In this document: positions 8,757 to 17,780 of the stretch, one piece after another
How the letters are laid out: each line of letters starts with the position of its first letter
Numbering within the stretch: the stretch's first letter is position 1
Virus record (IMG/VR): IMGVR_UViG_3300028534_000001
Span: 196,338-222,650 of that record
From: a virus
Lineage: Duplodnaviria > Heunggongvirae > Uroviricota > Caudoviricetes
Length of the DNA stretch: 26,313 nt
Reading direction: 5' to 3' (one strand)
Translations under genes and position numbers: made by a program
The notes under the pieces: generated by a model
What the model was told of the DNA's origin: nothing
Databases searched by the model: none
The model's input: the letters and a program-made list of their open reading frames with translations, nothing else

Positions 8757-9311
8757 TTATAAATATTTTTTTAAATTATCATAATAATTATGAATTTCTT
8801 TTGGTGTCATTTTTTCAAATTCTTTTTTATTATTATCTTTTAAAGCTTGTCTTACTTTAGTTGCACTTATATCATCATCACTTCTAGGGACTTCAATAAT
8901 TTCAACTTTTTTATTTTCTAAATAATCTAACATTCTTTGATAAGCTTTTACTCTATCACTTCCACATAGTAAATAAAATTCATTTTCTGGTAATTTTTCA
9001 ATTTCATCTACAAAATACCCTGAAGGAATTTCAATAACTTCAATTTTAGGGGCTACTTTTTGAATCATTTCCTTTTGTAATTCAAAATCAAAAGGATTTT
9101 TATCTTTATCTTTTGATGATTTTTTTCCTTTAACAATAAATATATATGCTTTATTAAATTTTTTTAATTCATCTATCATTTTCATATGACCTAAAGTTAA
9201 AGGTTGAAATCTACCTATTGTAAAAGCAGCTTTTGAATAATCAATTGAATCTTTGCCTAAAACTAAAGTTTCTAATGTTCCTACTAATTCTTCTATAATT
9301 TCTTTTAACAT
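8757..9311 (-). CDS. HIGH-family (cytidyltransferase/NMNAT-like) nucleotidyltransferase with MLKEII leader
   Basis: IGRFQPLTLGH, GSDR, ISATKVR motifs. Confidence 0.85.
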   Translation of the reverse strand: MLKEIIEELVGTLETLVLGKDSIDYSKAAFTIGRFQPLTLGHMKMIDELKKFNKAYIFIVKGKKSSKDKDKNPFDFELQKEMIQKVAPKIEVIEIPSGYFVDEIEKLPENEFYLLCGSDRVKAYQRMLDYLENKKVEIIEVPRSDDDISATKVRQALKDNNKKEFEKMTPKEIHNYYDNLKKYL

Positions 9312-9475
9312 TATTTTTCCTTTTTACAATTTATTTTATCTGATAATTCTTCAAATGGATATATTTTATTTTTAAAAAATTTTTTGAGTTCATTTAAAGA
9401 ATGTATTTGTTTTGATTTATAATAAAGATATTTAATGTATAAATATAATAATTTTTTTATTATCTTACACATCAT
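9311..9475 (-). CDS. small hypothetical protein (not in ORF track)
   Basis: 54 aa MMCKIIKKLLYLYIKYLYY...; AAGG RBS, TAATG coupling to the next gene. Confidence 0.55.
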   Translation of the reverse strand: MMCKIIKKLLYLYIKYLYYKSKQIHSLNELKKFFKNKIYPFEELSDKINCKKEK

Positions 9476-9487
9476 ATATTAACCTTT

Positions 9488-9589
9488 TTATAATCCATTT
9501 TTCCAATCAATTTCTTTCATAAATTTTTTTAATTTTTTCCATTTAATTCCACAATTTTTAGCTATTTTTTTCATTTGTTTTTTCTTCAT
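9488..9589 (-). CDS. small basic peptide (not in ORF track)
   Basis: 33 aa MKKKQMKKIAKNCGIKWKKLKKFMKEIDWKNGL; AAGGA RBS inside end of upstream gene. Confidence 0.45.
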   Translation of the reverse strand: MKKKQMKKIAKNCGIKWKKLKKFMKEIDWKNGL

Positions 9590-10382
9590 ATTTATCCTTT
9601 AATTCTTTAAAAAAATTTATCCATTTTTGTTTTTCAATACCTTTTTCTGTATTTAATTCACCTGTTTTAACTGTTACCATTTTTAAAAACATTCCAGAAA
9701 TTCTTCTTATATCTCTTTCAGATAATTTTTCAATATTTTTATATGTATCTAAATCATTTAAAATAATATTATAATTATTTTCATAATATTTTATAATATT
9801 TTCTACTTTTTCCCAATTTGGATTATAAAATATATTACCATAATTTGATTTTATTTTTAAACCTCTACTTGATAAACTAACATCTTCGTTCATTAAATTA
9901 TCATAATATATTTTTACTAAACCTAATAATAAACCTTGTTTAATAGCACCTAAAGACAAAAATTTATTTTTAAAATTTGATTCTTCTAAACTTAAAGATA
10001 TTATATTATCAATTTGAATAGGTTTATTATTATAATTATATGCTACTGATACTAATTCACCAGCTTTATGTGATTTTTTCCCTGAATATTTACCAATAAA
10101 TTTAATAAATTCTTTTCTTTTTTCTAAAAATTTAGATAATTTATCTTTAATTTCTTTTCTAATTGCTTTTGAATTTTCTAATCCTTCGAAAATTAAAATT
10201 AAATCAATGTCTCCAAAATCATTTTTTAAAGGATTATTATATGAACCAGTAATAATAAAACCTTTATAATTATCTTTATAATATTTTTTACCAAATTTAT
10301 ATAAAATTTTTGAATAATTGTCTAATATTTTATTGACTTCTTCTCTTTTAATCCTATTTTTATAACCTATAACTCCACTCAT
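9558..10382 (-). CDS. Pol-beta-superfamily nucleotidyltransferase
   Basis: ITGSY...FGDIDL and third acidic residue in IQIDNI. Confidence 0.75.
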   Translation of the reverse strand: MSGVIGYKNRIKREEVNKILDNYSKILYKFGKKYYKDNYKGFIITGSYNNPLKNDFGDIDLILIFEGLENSKAIRKEIKDKLSKFLEKRKEFIKFIGKYSGKKSHKAGELVSVAYNYNNKPIQIDNIISLSLEESNFKNKFLSLGAIKQGLLLGLVKIYYDNLMNEDVSLSSRGLKIKSNYGNIFYNPNWEKVENIIKYYENNYNIILNDLDTYKNIEKLSERDIRRISGMFLKMVTVKTGELNTEKGIEKQKWINFFKELKDKYEEKTNEKNS

Positions 10383-10567
10383 GATTTTTTACCTTTTTTG
10401 TTTTTCTTTTCAATAAATTCATATTTAACTCTTAAATCTCTTTGCAAATAATCAAATTCAATTTTATCTAAATTTGTACAGCTTAAATCATAAACTTCAA
10501 ACTCTTCGTTCATAAATTTTCCATATCTATTATAAACTCTTGCTATTGCTTTTTCCCATATTATCAT
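10379..10567 (-). CDS. hypothetical protein
   Basis: 62 aa, AAGGAG RBS, ATGA overlap with next gene. Confidence 0.75.
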   Translation of the reverse strand: MIIWEKAIARVYNRYGKFMNEEFEVYDLSCTNLDKIEFDYLQRDLRVKYEFIEKKNKKGKKS

Positions 10568-10588
10568 GATGTCTCCTTAATTTTTATT

Positions 10589-10617
10589 ATTATACTAAAT
10601 TTTTAAAGAAAAGTCAA
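10589..10617 (-). promoter_or_regulatory. sigma70-type early promoter
   Basis: TTGACT-17 bp-TATAAT. Confidence 0.85.
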
Positions 10618-10625
10618 GAAAATTT

Positions 10626-10769
10626 TTAAAAATATTCAAAAAGAACACATAAACCTTGGTCTTCATAACTTTCTTCTAAATATTCTAAATAATCTTTTTT
10701 AATATTGTATAATTCATATTGATCAATTATATTATCAAAAATATTATAAACTTTTACAATAACATTCAT
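10626..10769 (-). CDS. small acidic hypothetical protein (not in ORF track)
   Basis: 47 aa MNVIVKVYNIFDNIIDQYELY...CVLFEYF; AAGGA RBS. Confidence 0.65.
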   Translation of the reverse strand: MNVIVKVYNIFDNIIDQYELYNIKKDYLEYLEESYEDQGLCVLFEYF

Positions 10770-10778
10770 GATAATCCT

Positions 10779-10961
10779 TTATAAATAAATTTTAGTAGAA
10801 AAAATAGTTCTTAAAATAATATCTTTTATTACTCCTAAGGAATAATCTTTTTTACTAATTGAATAATGATGACTTGTACCATTAACACCATATTCAATTT
10901 TATCTTTTTGATTATAAATATACCAATTTCCAAAATATTGTTTTTTAAATCTAAAATCCAT
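10779..10961 (-). CDS. hypothetical protein
   Basis: Start moved to MDFRFKK (10961) behind AAGGAG; the longer ORF runs through the promoter. Confidence 0.7.
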   Translation of the reverse strand: MDFRFKKQYFGNWYIYNQKDKIEYGVNGTSHHYSISKKDYSLGVIKDIILRTIFSTKIYL

Positions 10962-10988
10962 TTTATCTCCTTGATTTTTTATATTATA

Positions 10989-11017
10989 ATTATACAAAAA
11001 ATTTAATAAAAAGTCAA
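10989..11017 (-). promoter_or_regulatory. sigma70-type early promoter
   Basis: TTGACT-17 bp-TATAAT. Confidence 0.85.
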
Positions 11018-11023
11018 GAAATT

Positions 11024-11242
11024 TTACCAATAATTATATAATCCTATTAAATTAAGAATAAAATAAACAATATTTAAAATTACAATATTTTTATTATTAG
11101 AAATTTTACCATAAATAATATAAAAAAATGAATTTATTAAAAATAATATAAAAGCTATCCAATTTAATCCTATATTTAATGTTAACAAAATTGCACCAGA
11201 TATACCAAATATTGTTCCTAAAAAATCATATTTTAATTTCAT
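11024..11242 (-). CDS. small 3-TM membrane protein, possibly PnuC-like half transporter
   Basis: 72 aa, three hydrophobic helices, C-terminal NLIGLYNYW resembling the PnuC G-aromatic-x-x-W ending. Confidence 0.5.
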   Translation of the reverse strand: MKLKYDFLGTIFGISGAILLTLNIGLNWIAFILFLINSFFYIIYGKISNNKNIVILNIVYFILNLIGLYNYW

Positions 11243-11265
11243 GAATTTCCTTTAAATTTTTTATA

Positions 11266-11294
11266 ATTATATTATAAAAATTAAAGAAAGTCAA
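11266..11294 (-). promoter_or_regulatory. sigma70-type early promoter
   Basis: TTGACT-17 bp-TATAAT. Confidence 0.85.
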
Positions 11295-11310
11295 GAAAAA
11301 ATCTTAACTT
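11288..11310 (-). terminator. stem-loop overlapping -35 box
   Basis: Minus-strand RNA AAGUUAAGA-UUUUU-UCUUGACUU; the only non-WC pair is a U-G wobble. Confidence 0.55.
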
Positions 11311-12071
11311 CCACAATTTGAACTACAAGAACTAGAATTATTAGAACTTCCACAACTTGAGTGATTAGAATTCAAAAAATTATGATCTGTATTTGATAAA
11401 TATGAAATGTCTACATGTTTATGTAAATCCCCTGATATTTCATTTGAATAATTTTTTTCAAAATCATTAAAATTATATGTATTATCTTTATTTGAAACAT
11501 TTGATGGAACATCTAATATATAAAGAGGTAAAAATGGGTTTAAATCATCAACATATACTCTATCATTTTTTTCAAAATATTTAATATTTAATTTTCTTTT
11601 CCTTTTAAAAGAACTATTAGCTTTTAAAATATCTTTAAGAATTCTAATTTTATTAACAGATTTTTTATTAACATAAGGATTATGATGAATAAATTTACCA
11701 TAACATTTTAAACAAAATTCTAAATAAGATTTTGTATCTAAAATAAAATTATGCCATAAAATATCAACATCTTCTCTATCCATTTCCATATGACCTAATT
11801 CAATAACAACATTAAAATAATCAATTAAAGTAATAAATAATTTTTTAATTTTGTCATTATCTATATTGAGTTCATTTTTTGTTTTTTCTATAACAGCAGA
11901 AGGTAATTTATTGAAATATTCATATGGATTTTCAAGTTGAGATTCATAATTTTCAAAAAGATTAAATTTTATATCAAAAAATTGTTCTATATTATTTTCA
12001 TATAAATCTAATTTCGATTTTTCATTATTGACTTGTTCTTTACATTTTTTCTCTTTAATAAAACCAAACAT
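11304..12071 (-). CDS. GRDP/DUF1399-like protein with Ser/Cys-rich tail
   Basis: VDILWHNFILDTKSYLEFCLKCYGKFIHHNP core and SSCGSS..SSCSSNCGS tail. Confidence 0.65.
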   Translation of the reverse strand: MFGFIKEKKCKEQVNNEKSKLDLYENNIEQFFDIKFNLFENYESQLENPYEYFNKLPSAVIEKTKNELNIDNDKIKKLFITLIDYFNVVIELGHMEMDREDVDILWHNFILDTKSYLEFCLKCYGKFIHHNPYVNKKSVNKIRILKDILKANSSFKRKRKLNIKYFEKNDRVYVDDLNPFLPLYILDVPSNVSNKDNTYNFNDFEKNYSNEISGDLHKHVDISYLSNTDHNFLNSNHSSCGSSNNSSSCSSNCGS

Positions 12072-12596
12072 TTATTCTCCTTGAATTAAATTTTCTATTT
12101 CAATAATATTATTTTTAATTTCTTTTAAAAAATTTATATTACCATTTATAATATTATCTAATTCTTCAGGTAAAAGATGATAATCAATTGATTCTACTTT
12201 TTTATTTATTATATCTATATTATAAGTAACTTTATCTTTGACAATCTCTAAAGAACTATATGTTTTATACATAGAATCATATACAAAATTTTCTAATAAT
12301 ATTTGTGCAAATAAATTGATATCATTTTCTATTTTATACATTTTTTCTATAGCTTGATAATTTTTCAAAATAATATTTTTTAAAGAATTTTCATCTTTTA
12401 TAATTTTATATTCATATAAATTTTTATCCCATACTTTTAATTCATTATTTTCTTTTTCAACTGTCATAATTTTATTATCAATTCTAAATCTTACCCAATC
12501 TTCAAATTCAATAAATAAAGAAATATTATAACCATCTTTTTCTAATTCATTTAAAACATTTTCTAAAATTTCTGATTTAAATTTTTGTAATATCAT
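12072..12596 (-). CDS. hypothetical protein
   Basis: 174 aa, AAGGAG RBS. Confidence 0.75.
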   Translation of the reverse strand: MILQKFKSEILENVLNELEKDGYNISLFIEFEDWVRFRIDNKIMTVEKENNELKVWDKNLYEYKIIKDENSLKNIILKNYQAIEKMYKIENDINLFAQILLENFVYDSMYKTYSSLEIVKDKVTYNIDIINKKVESIDYHLLPEELDNIINGNINFLKEIKNNIIEIENLIQGE

Positions 12597-12622
12597 ATTA
12601 TACTCCTTTAAAATTCATGAAT

Positions 12623-12648
12623 ATGCTAGGGTAATTATACCCTAACAT
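12623..12648 (-). terminator. hairpin after the 12664-14067 stop (terminator or processing/operator site)
   Basis: AUGU-UAGGGUA-UAAU-UACCCUA-GCAU: 11-bp stem with one U-G pair; no immediate U tract. Confidence 0.45.
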
Positions 12649-12663
12649 TTTAAAATAACAAAC

Positions 12664-14067
12664 TTATGATATTTTAACAAATACTGAACTTATATCTAAT
12701 TGAGATTTTGCATATAAAATTGCTTGTTTTGTAAATTCATTTATTTTTTTATTATTATTGTTTAAAGAATCTAATAATTTCATTTCAAAAATTTTAGAAT
12801 AAATATATTTTCTACCTTTTTTAATAGCTTCTTTTATAAATTTATCTTTATTTTCTAATTTTTTATAATCAGAAAATTTATATTCTTCTTGTTTAATAGT
12901 ATTAAACCAATCATATAATAAATTAGCCATATAATTTAAATCTTTATTTGTTTTTAAATCTTTATCAATTATTGTAGGAAGTCCAATATCTTCTAAAATA
13001 TAATTTATAGGACCTTCTCCTATTTTTCCTTGGTTAGCAAATTCTCCTTTGATTTCACCTTGAACACTATATGATTTAGCCCCATCTGAATCAAAACTTC
13101 TAAATTGAATTAAAGCTTTTTCACTTTCTATATAAATATCATTAGTAAAAATTTTGATTGGTTGAACAAAAGCTTTTTCAATTAAAATTTCATAAGGAAC
13201 TTTATTAAAAATTTCTACTTTAGGATTTTCTCCTACTTTTTTAAGAGAAATAGGATATAATTTACCTTCATCAAAATATTGAGCAATAATACTATTAAGA
13301 GAGTTTATCATTAAAGCATTTTTTACTTCTTTTTGAATATTAGGCATATCATTGATTGAAACACCTAAAATATCCATAGGGTTCCATTTATCTCTTTTAG
13401 GTTTTGCTTTTTTATTACCTTCTTCATCAACAAATTCAACTTTATTATATTGTTTTTCTAAAATTGACATTAAACCAGTTCCTCTTAAAAAATTCATAGG
13501 TTTTTGAATAATATCTTTAAATTCATTATAAAAAGCTAAAGCTGAATTTTTAGCACTTTTTTCCCATAAAGTATCTCTACTTATTTCTAAAAATCTATCA
13601 TATGTCATTTCATAATCACTATATACATATGATTTTGCTTTATTAAATGTTTCTTGGTCTACATTTTCATAATCACCTAATTCATTAACAATAATAGCAT
13701 AATAAAATGCATTATATGTTTCTTGAGTTTTTGTATCTATTTTCACACCATCATAACCACTAAAAGTTCCTTTAAAAAAATTTGTATATCTGTATTTTTT
13801 ACCAGTATATTCATCAACAAAAATAGGTTTTTTATAAATCAACTCTTTTACATTTTCTAAATCACCTTTTTGTACTAAATCATATAGATGTTTTATATTA
13901 TCATCAATAAGAATTTTAACATTTCCTTTTTTACCTGAACCTCCTAATTTTAATTCTTTCCCATCCATTATATGTTGAAAAAAGACAGGATAGTATTTTA
14001 ATTTATTATATTCTAAAGTACTTTCATAAATATTTTTTATTTCTTTAATAGCTTCTTTTAATACCAT
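12664..14067 (-). CDS. large hypothetical protein, possible PD-(D/E)xK nuclease-like domain, LKEAI leader
   Basis: DKWNPMDIL...PISLKK motif pair; starts MVLKEAIKEIKNIYE. Confidence 0.5.
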   Translation of the reverse strand: MVLKEAIKEIKNIYESTLEYNKLKYYPVFFQHIMDGKELKLGGSGKKGNVKILIDDNIKHLYDLVQKGDLENVKELIYKKPIFVDEYTGKKYRYTNFFKGTFSGYDGVKIDTKTQETYNAFYYAIIVNELGDYENVDQETFNKAKSYVYSDYEMTYDRFLEISRDTLWEKSAKNSALAFYNEFKDIIQKPMNFLRGTGLMSILEKQYNKVEFVDEEGNKKAKPKRDKWNPMDILGVSINDMPNIQKEVKNALMINSLNSIIAQYFDEGKLYPISLKKVGENPKVEIFNKVPYEILIEKAFVQPIKIFTNDIYIESEKALIQFRSFDSDGAKSYSVQGEIKGEFANQGKIGEGPINYILEDIGLPTIIDKDLKTNKDLNYMANLLYDWFNTIKQEEYKFSDYKKLENKDKFIKEAIKKGRKYIYSKIFEMKLLDSLNNNNKKINEFTKQAILYAKSQLDISSVFVKIS

Positions 14068-14070
14068 TAT

Positions 14071-15069
14071 TTATTTCCTTTTATGTTTTTTAATATAATC
14101 ATAAACTTGAATTATATCCATATTACCATTTTCTAAATTGTTTAACAACATTTTTGATTCTTCTTTACTTAAAAATCTATTATATTGACTTTCATCTGGT
14201 AATTCTAATTTACTATTTTGTTTTAAAAAATCAATTATTTCATCATATAAATTATCCTTATTTTTTAATCTTTCTTTTACTTTTTTAGTAGGCATTTTAA
14301 AAAGATTAACCATTTTAACTGAAATTTTTTGAATTTCTTTGAATTTTTTATTAGGAATTTTTAAAGGTTTTCCTTCAAAATTTATAAATAAACCTTCTAA
14401 AGGAGCATAATTATCAATTTTACTTTTAAATTCATTAGCAATAAATTCTCCTAAATAATCTTCAATTTCAGGTAATACTAATGACCTTAGTTCTTTTAAT
14501 GTTTTTGTTTGTTCAATTTTTTCTTTCCATTTATCTAATTCTTTTTTTAATTTGTCAAAATTTTTAGTTATTTGAATTTTAATATCTTTTTTTGTTAAAA
14601 TAGTAATAGGATTTTTATATTTCTTTTTAGCATATTCTTCAACTTTTTCTTTCATTTTTTTATCAATAACATTTGAAAAATCTATAAAAACTTCATTTTT
14701 TAATTTATAATTGATAAAATCTTGTACTTTTTTAGGACTTAAAACTTCTCCTATTATTAAATAATTAACATCTATATGGTTATCCATAAAATAATCTCTA
14801 AATGGTAATGTTATTTCTTGATAATAATTAAATGTTTCTGCTGTTCTCCAAAATTCACCTTGTTTGACACCTACTTCAAAATAATTATGACTAGCATCCC
14901 ATCTCATTTTTAATTGTTGCCCAGCAAATTTTTCTGTTACATCTAAACTATTAAAATTATTAACAAATGTATCTAAAAATTTAATTAACTCATCTTTTTT
15001 AAGATTTTTTAATTGAGGTGTTGCTTTTTCATTTATATTTTTAACTTTTAATATAATTTCTTTTAACAT
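14071..15069 (-). CDS. ATP-dependent ligase-superfamily (RNA ligase-like) protein with MLKEII leader
   Basis: Motif I variant VTEKFAG, then IIGEVL, FIDF, LEGLFI, KPLKI in ligase motif order. Confidence 0.55.
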   Translation of the reverse strand: MLKEIILKVKNINEKATPQLKNLKKDELIKFLDTFVNNFNSLDVTEKFAGQQLKMRWDASHNYFEVGVKQGEFWRTAETFNYYQEITLPFRDYFMDNHIDVNYLIIGEVLSPKKVQDFINYKLKNEVFIDFSNVIDKKMKEKVEEYAKKKYKNPITILTKKDIKIQITKNFDKLKKELDKWKEKIEQTKTLKELRSLVLPEIEDYLGEFIANEFKSKIDNYAPLEGLFINFEGKPLKIPNKKFKEIQKISVKMVNLFKMPTKKVKERLKNKDNLYDEIIDFLKQNSKLELPDESQYNRFLSKEESKMLLNNLENGNMDIIQVYDYIKKHKRK

Positions 15070-15305
15070 TTTTCCCCTTTTTCTAAAATAGGGTCTTTAA
15101 ATAAAGTCCTATGTTCTTTAACTTTGCATTTGATAAAATTACCATTTTCATTTATTGCTGGAGTTAAAGATAAAGTTCCTTTTACTCTATAGTATAAAAT
15201 ACCTTTTATACATTCTTCTTTAATAACTATTGATGAATATTCTTCTTTGTGTTTTAAAATATAAATTATCATAGCTATAAAAAATATAGGCATCATTATT
15301 TCCAT
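15063..15305 (-). CDS. hypothetical protein with N-terminal hydrophobic segment
   Basis: 80 aa. Confidence 0.65.
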   Translation of the reverse strand: MEIMMPIFFIAMIIYILKHKEEYSSIVIKEECIKGILYYRVKGTLSLTPAINENGNFIKCKVKEHRTLFKDPILEKGEKC

Positions 15306-15326
15306 ATTAAAGCCTTTTAAAATTAT

Positions 15327-15533
15327 TTAATCTATTTGTCTATAATCTTTTAAATCTTCTAAATATGTATCTATATTTTGAACTTCAATTTTTTGATAAA
15401 TATCTAAATCAAAATTATCTATTATATTTTTATCTTTTAATAATTTTTTTGTTTCTTCAATAGACAAAGAAGATTTCATAATTAAAATAGGTTCTTTATC
15501 CATTATATTCATATAACCAAAAATTAAGAGCAT
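15327..15533 (-). CDS. hypothetical protein
   Basis: 68 aa, AAGGAGTTAAA RBS. Confidence 0.7.
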   Translation of the reverse strand: MLLIFGYMNIMDKEPILIMKSSLSIEETKKLLKDKNIIDNFDLDIYQKIEVQNIDTYLEDLKDYRQID

Positions 15534-16885
15534 TTTAACTCCTTAGCAGCTTCTTCAATTTTTATAGCAGTATTTAAATCGTCAGCTTCATTTTTATCTT
15601 CTCTTAAAGATACAAATCTTGGATGTAATAATGCTTCAACTTTACCATCTACCCAACTTAATCCAGAACATTCAACTGATGCAATTTTTCCAATTAAATT
15701 ATCTTTCATTTCTGTAAATAAATCCATAGTTTTTTCGTCTACACCACTTGTTGTAGTTTTAATAATTCCATCAGAAGTTTCACAAACTAATCTATTGATT
15801 TTATTTTCATATTTAGTTTCTTTATTTCCATAAAGGTAACCAACAATTTTCATATCTAATTCAACTATAATTTTAAATTTAATAATATCATTTGGTTTTT
15901 TGTTTTGAAAAATAACATTTTTATCTTTAACAATAGTTCCTTCACCACCTTTATTTTTAACTTCAATAAAATGGTTCATAGCTTCTTCAAAAGTACTAAT
16001 AAATCTTGTTTCTACTATTTTAATTTTATTAGATTCTTTTAATTTATTAAATCTTTCCATATAAGGTGTTTCATCTTTACCTTTACTCCATTTTTCATAA
16101 GGAATATAATCCCAAGCTACAATATAAATATCTTCTATAATTTCTTTAGGTGTTTTTCTATAAGATTTATAGAATTTTTCTTCATCTTTAAATGATAATT
16201 TACCTTCGTCTTTTTTAGTCATAATAGTTTTAAGAGAATTTAATACTCCATTAGATGAATATCTATCAAATCCATTTACCATAAGTTCACCAGTAATCAC
16301 AACACCTTCATCTAATTCATTTAAATCAAAAGCATCAGATAAATGTAAATCTTTACCACTTCTTGAAATTGTTAAAATTTGATTATCATTTTTAATTAAA
16401 TTGATAAACATACCATCCATTTTTTCTTGAGATATTAAAGGTGCTTTTTCTAATAATTTTTTAAATTTTTTATCATCATATGGAATAGCACCTAAATATG
16501 GACTAATAGGTATTAAATTTTCAAAAACTTTATTTATAAGTTTTACATTAACACCCATTTTTAAATCTTTTTGTAAAATTTTATCAAAAACTTCAGCATT
16601 TTCTTTGCATAAACATTTATACATATCTTCAACTAATTTAATAGCAGCATGCCCTGTTATTTCTCTTTTTCTAAGTTTATCTAAAACTTGGAATGAATCT
16701 TCTAAACTACATTCACATGAATGATTATTATCTTTATTAAATTTTTTTACATTAAATGTATAAAAAGGATTATAAGTATAAAATAAAACTTTTTTAAAAA
16801 GTTCATTATTATATTTTTTTAATAATTTTTGTTTATTATTAGTTGAATTTTCATTTTTAATTTCTTTTATAATAGTATAAATCAT
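15524..16885 (-). CDS. ATP-dependent DNA ligase, T4 gp30-like
   Basis: EKMDG adenylation motif, ITGEL, AWD, GEGTIVK, KFK, C-terminal OB fold LHPRF..R.DK. Confidence 0.95.
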   Translation of the reverse strand: MIYTIIKEIKNENSTNNKQKLLKKYNNELFKKVLFYTYNPFYTFNVKKFNKDNNHSCECSLEDSFQVLDKLRKREITGHAAIKLVEDMYKCLCKENAEVFDKILQKDLKMGVNVKLINKVFENLIPISPYLGAIPYDDKKFKKLLEKAPLISQEKMDGMFINLIKNDNQILTISRSGKDLHLSDAFDLNELDEGVVITGELMVNGFDRYSSNGVLNSLKTIMTKKDEGKLSFKDEEKFYKSYRKTPKEIIEDIYIVAWDYIPYEKWSKGKDETPYMERFNKLKESNKIKIVETRFISTFEEAMNHFIEVKNKGGEGTIVKDKNVIFQNKKPNDIIKFKIIVELDMKIVGYLYGNKETKYENKINRLVCETSDGIIKTTTSGVDEKTMDLFTEMKDNLIGKIASVECSGLSWVDGKVEALLHPRFVSLREDKNEADDLNTAIKIEEAAKELKCS

Positions 16886-17007
16886 TTTGTTTCTCCTAAT
16901 AATTTTTCAATTCTTTGAATTTCTAAATAAATGTAAGTCATTTCATTAAAATCTCTTGCTAATTCTAAATCTTTTTTTAATTGTTCTAAATATTTTTTAT
17001 TTTCCAT
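16882..17007 (-). CDS. small hypothetical protein
   Basis: Start moved to MENKKYLE behind AAGGAG; ATGA overlap with ligase. Confidence 0.7.
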   Translation of the reverse strand: MENKKYLEQLKKDLELARDFNEMTYIYLEIQRIEKLLGETK

Positions 17008-17035
17008 TTTTTCTCCTTTTCTTTTTATATATTTT

Positions 17036-17064
17036 ATTATACCATAAATTAAAGAAAAAGTCAA
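17036..17064 (-). promoter_or_regulatory. sigma70-type early promoter
   Basis: TTGACT-17 bp-TATAAT. Confidence 0.85.
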
Positions 17065-17068
17065 CATT

Positions 17069-17461
17069 TTATAATCCTAAATTTTGTTTTATTTTTTTAA
17101 AATTTTCTAATTTTTCCATTAAAAACAACTCTTCGTTGTTTAATCTTATTCTCATCACATTTATAACTTCTTTTAAAACTTTTTTATCTATAAAATTTAA
17201 TTTTTTTGTTTTTAATTCACATTCAAATTTTTTTAGCATATTCATATGTGTTTTACTCATAGAAGCTTTTTGATTAAGTAATCTTTTTTGTCTTTCTAAT
17301 TGTTCAAAATATTTTGACTCTTTTAACACTCTTCTATATCTATCTTTTCTATAAGATAATAAATAATCTTCATATGTTTTTTCAAAACCTGTTTTTATAA
17401 ATAATCTACTATTTAAATTTAATGTTTTAGATATTATTTCATGTAATGTTTTATCTTTCAT
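17069..17461 (-). CDS. hypothetical protein
   Basis: 130 aa, AAGGA RBS. Confidence 0.75.
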   Translation of the reverse strand: MKDKTLHEIISKTLNLNSRLFIKTGFEKTYEDYLLSYRKDRYRRVLKESKYFEQLERQKRLLNQKASMSKTHMNMLKKFECELKTKKLNFIDKKVLKEVINVMRIRLNNEELFLMEKLENFKKIKQNLGL

Positions 17462-17488
17462 GATTTTTCCTTTTCTTTTTATATTATA

Positions 17489-17517
17489 ATTATATTAAAA
17501 AAGAAAAGAAAAGTCAA
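17489..17517 (-). promoter_or_regulatory. sigma70-type early promoter
   Basis: TTGACT-17 bp-TATAAT. Confidence 0.85.
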
Positions 17518-17523
17518 GAAATT

Positions 17524-17778
17524 TTAAATAAATCTTATAAAATCTCCATTTAATTTAGCTACTTTTTTAACTAATTTTTTAGATATATGATTTCTTTTAG
17601 ATACTTCTTTAATATCGTATATTTCTAATTCTCTTTTCAATTTCATCATCCATTCTTTAATAGATAATGTATAATCTTTATCTTTTAATTTTTGTTTATG
17701 GAGTTTTTTATATACTTTCCAAACATTCATATAATTATCTTTGATTCTTTTGTCACTCCAAAAATCAAAATATTCCAT
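17524..17778 (-). CDS. hypothetical protein
   Basis: 84 aa, AAGGAG RBS. Confidence 0.75.
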   Translation of the reverse strand: MEYFDFWSDKRIKDNYMNVWKVYKKLHKQKLKDKDYTLSIKEWMMKLKRELEIYDIKEVSKRNHISKKLVKKVAKLNGDFIRFI

Positions 17779-17780
17779 AA

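Noticed and set aside
15524-16885. DNA ligase N-terminus MIYTIIKEIKNE as a member of the leader family
   Set aside because: It resembles the native N-terminal helix of T4 gp30-type ligases and follows an early promoter
10779-17067. ORF-track starts at 11030 and 17067 (also 4253)
   Set aside because: The first two extensions run through promoter elements; in all three an AAGGAG RBS marks a downstream ATG
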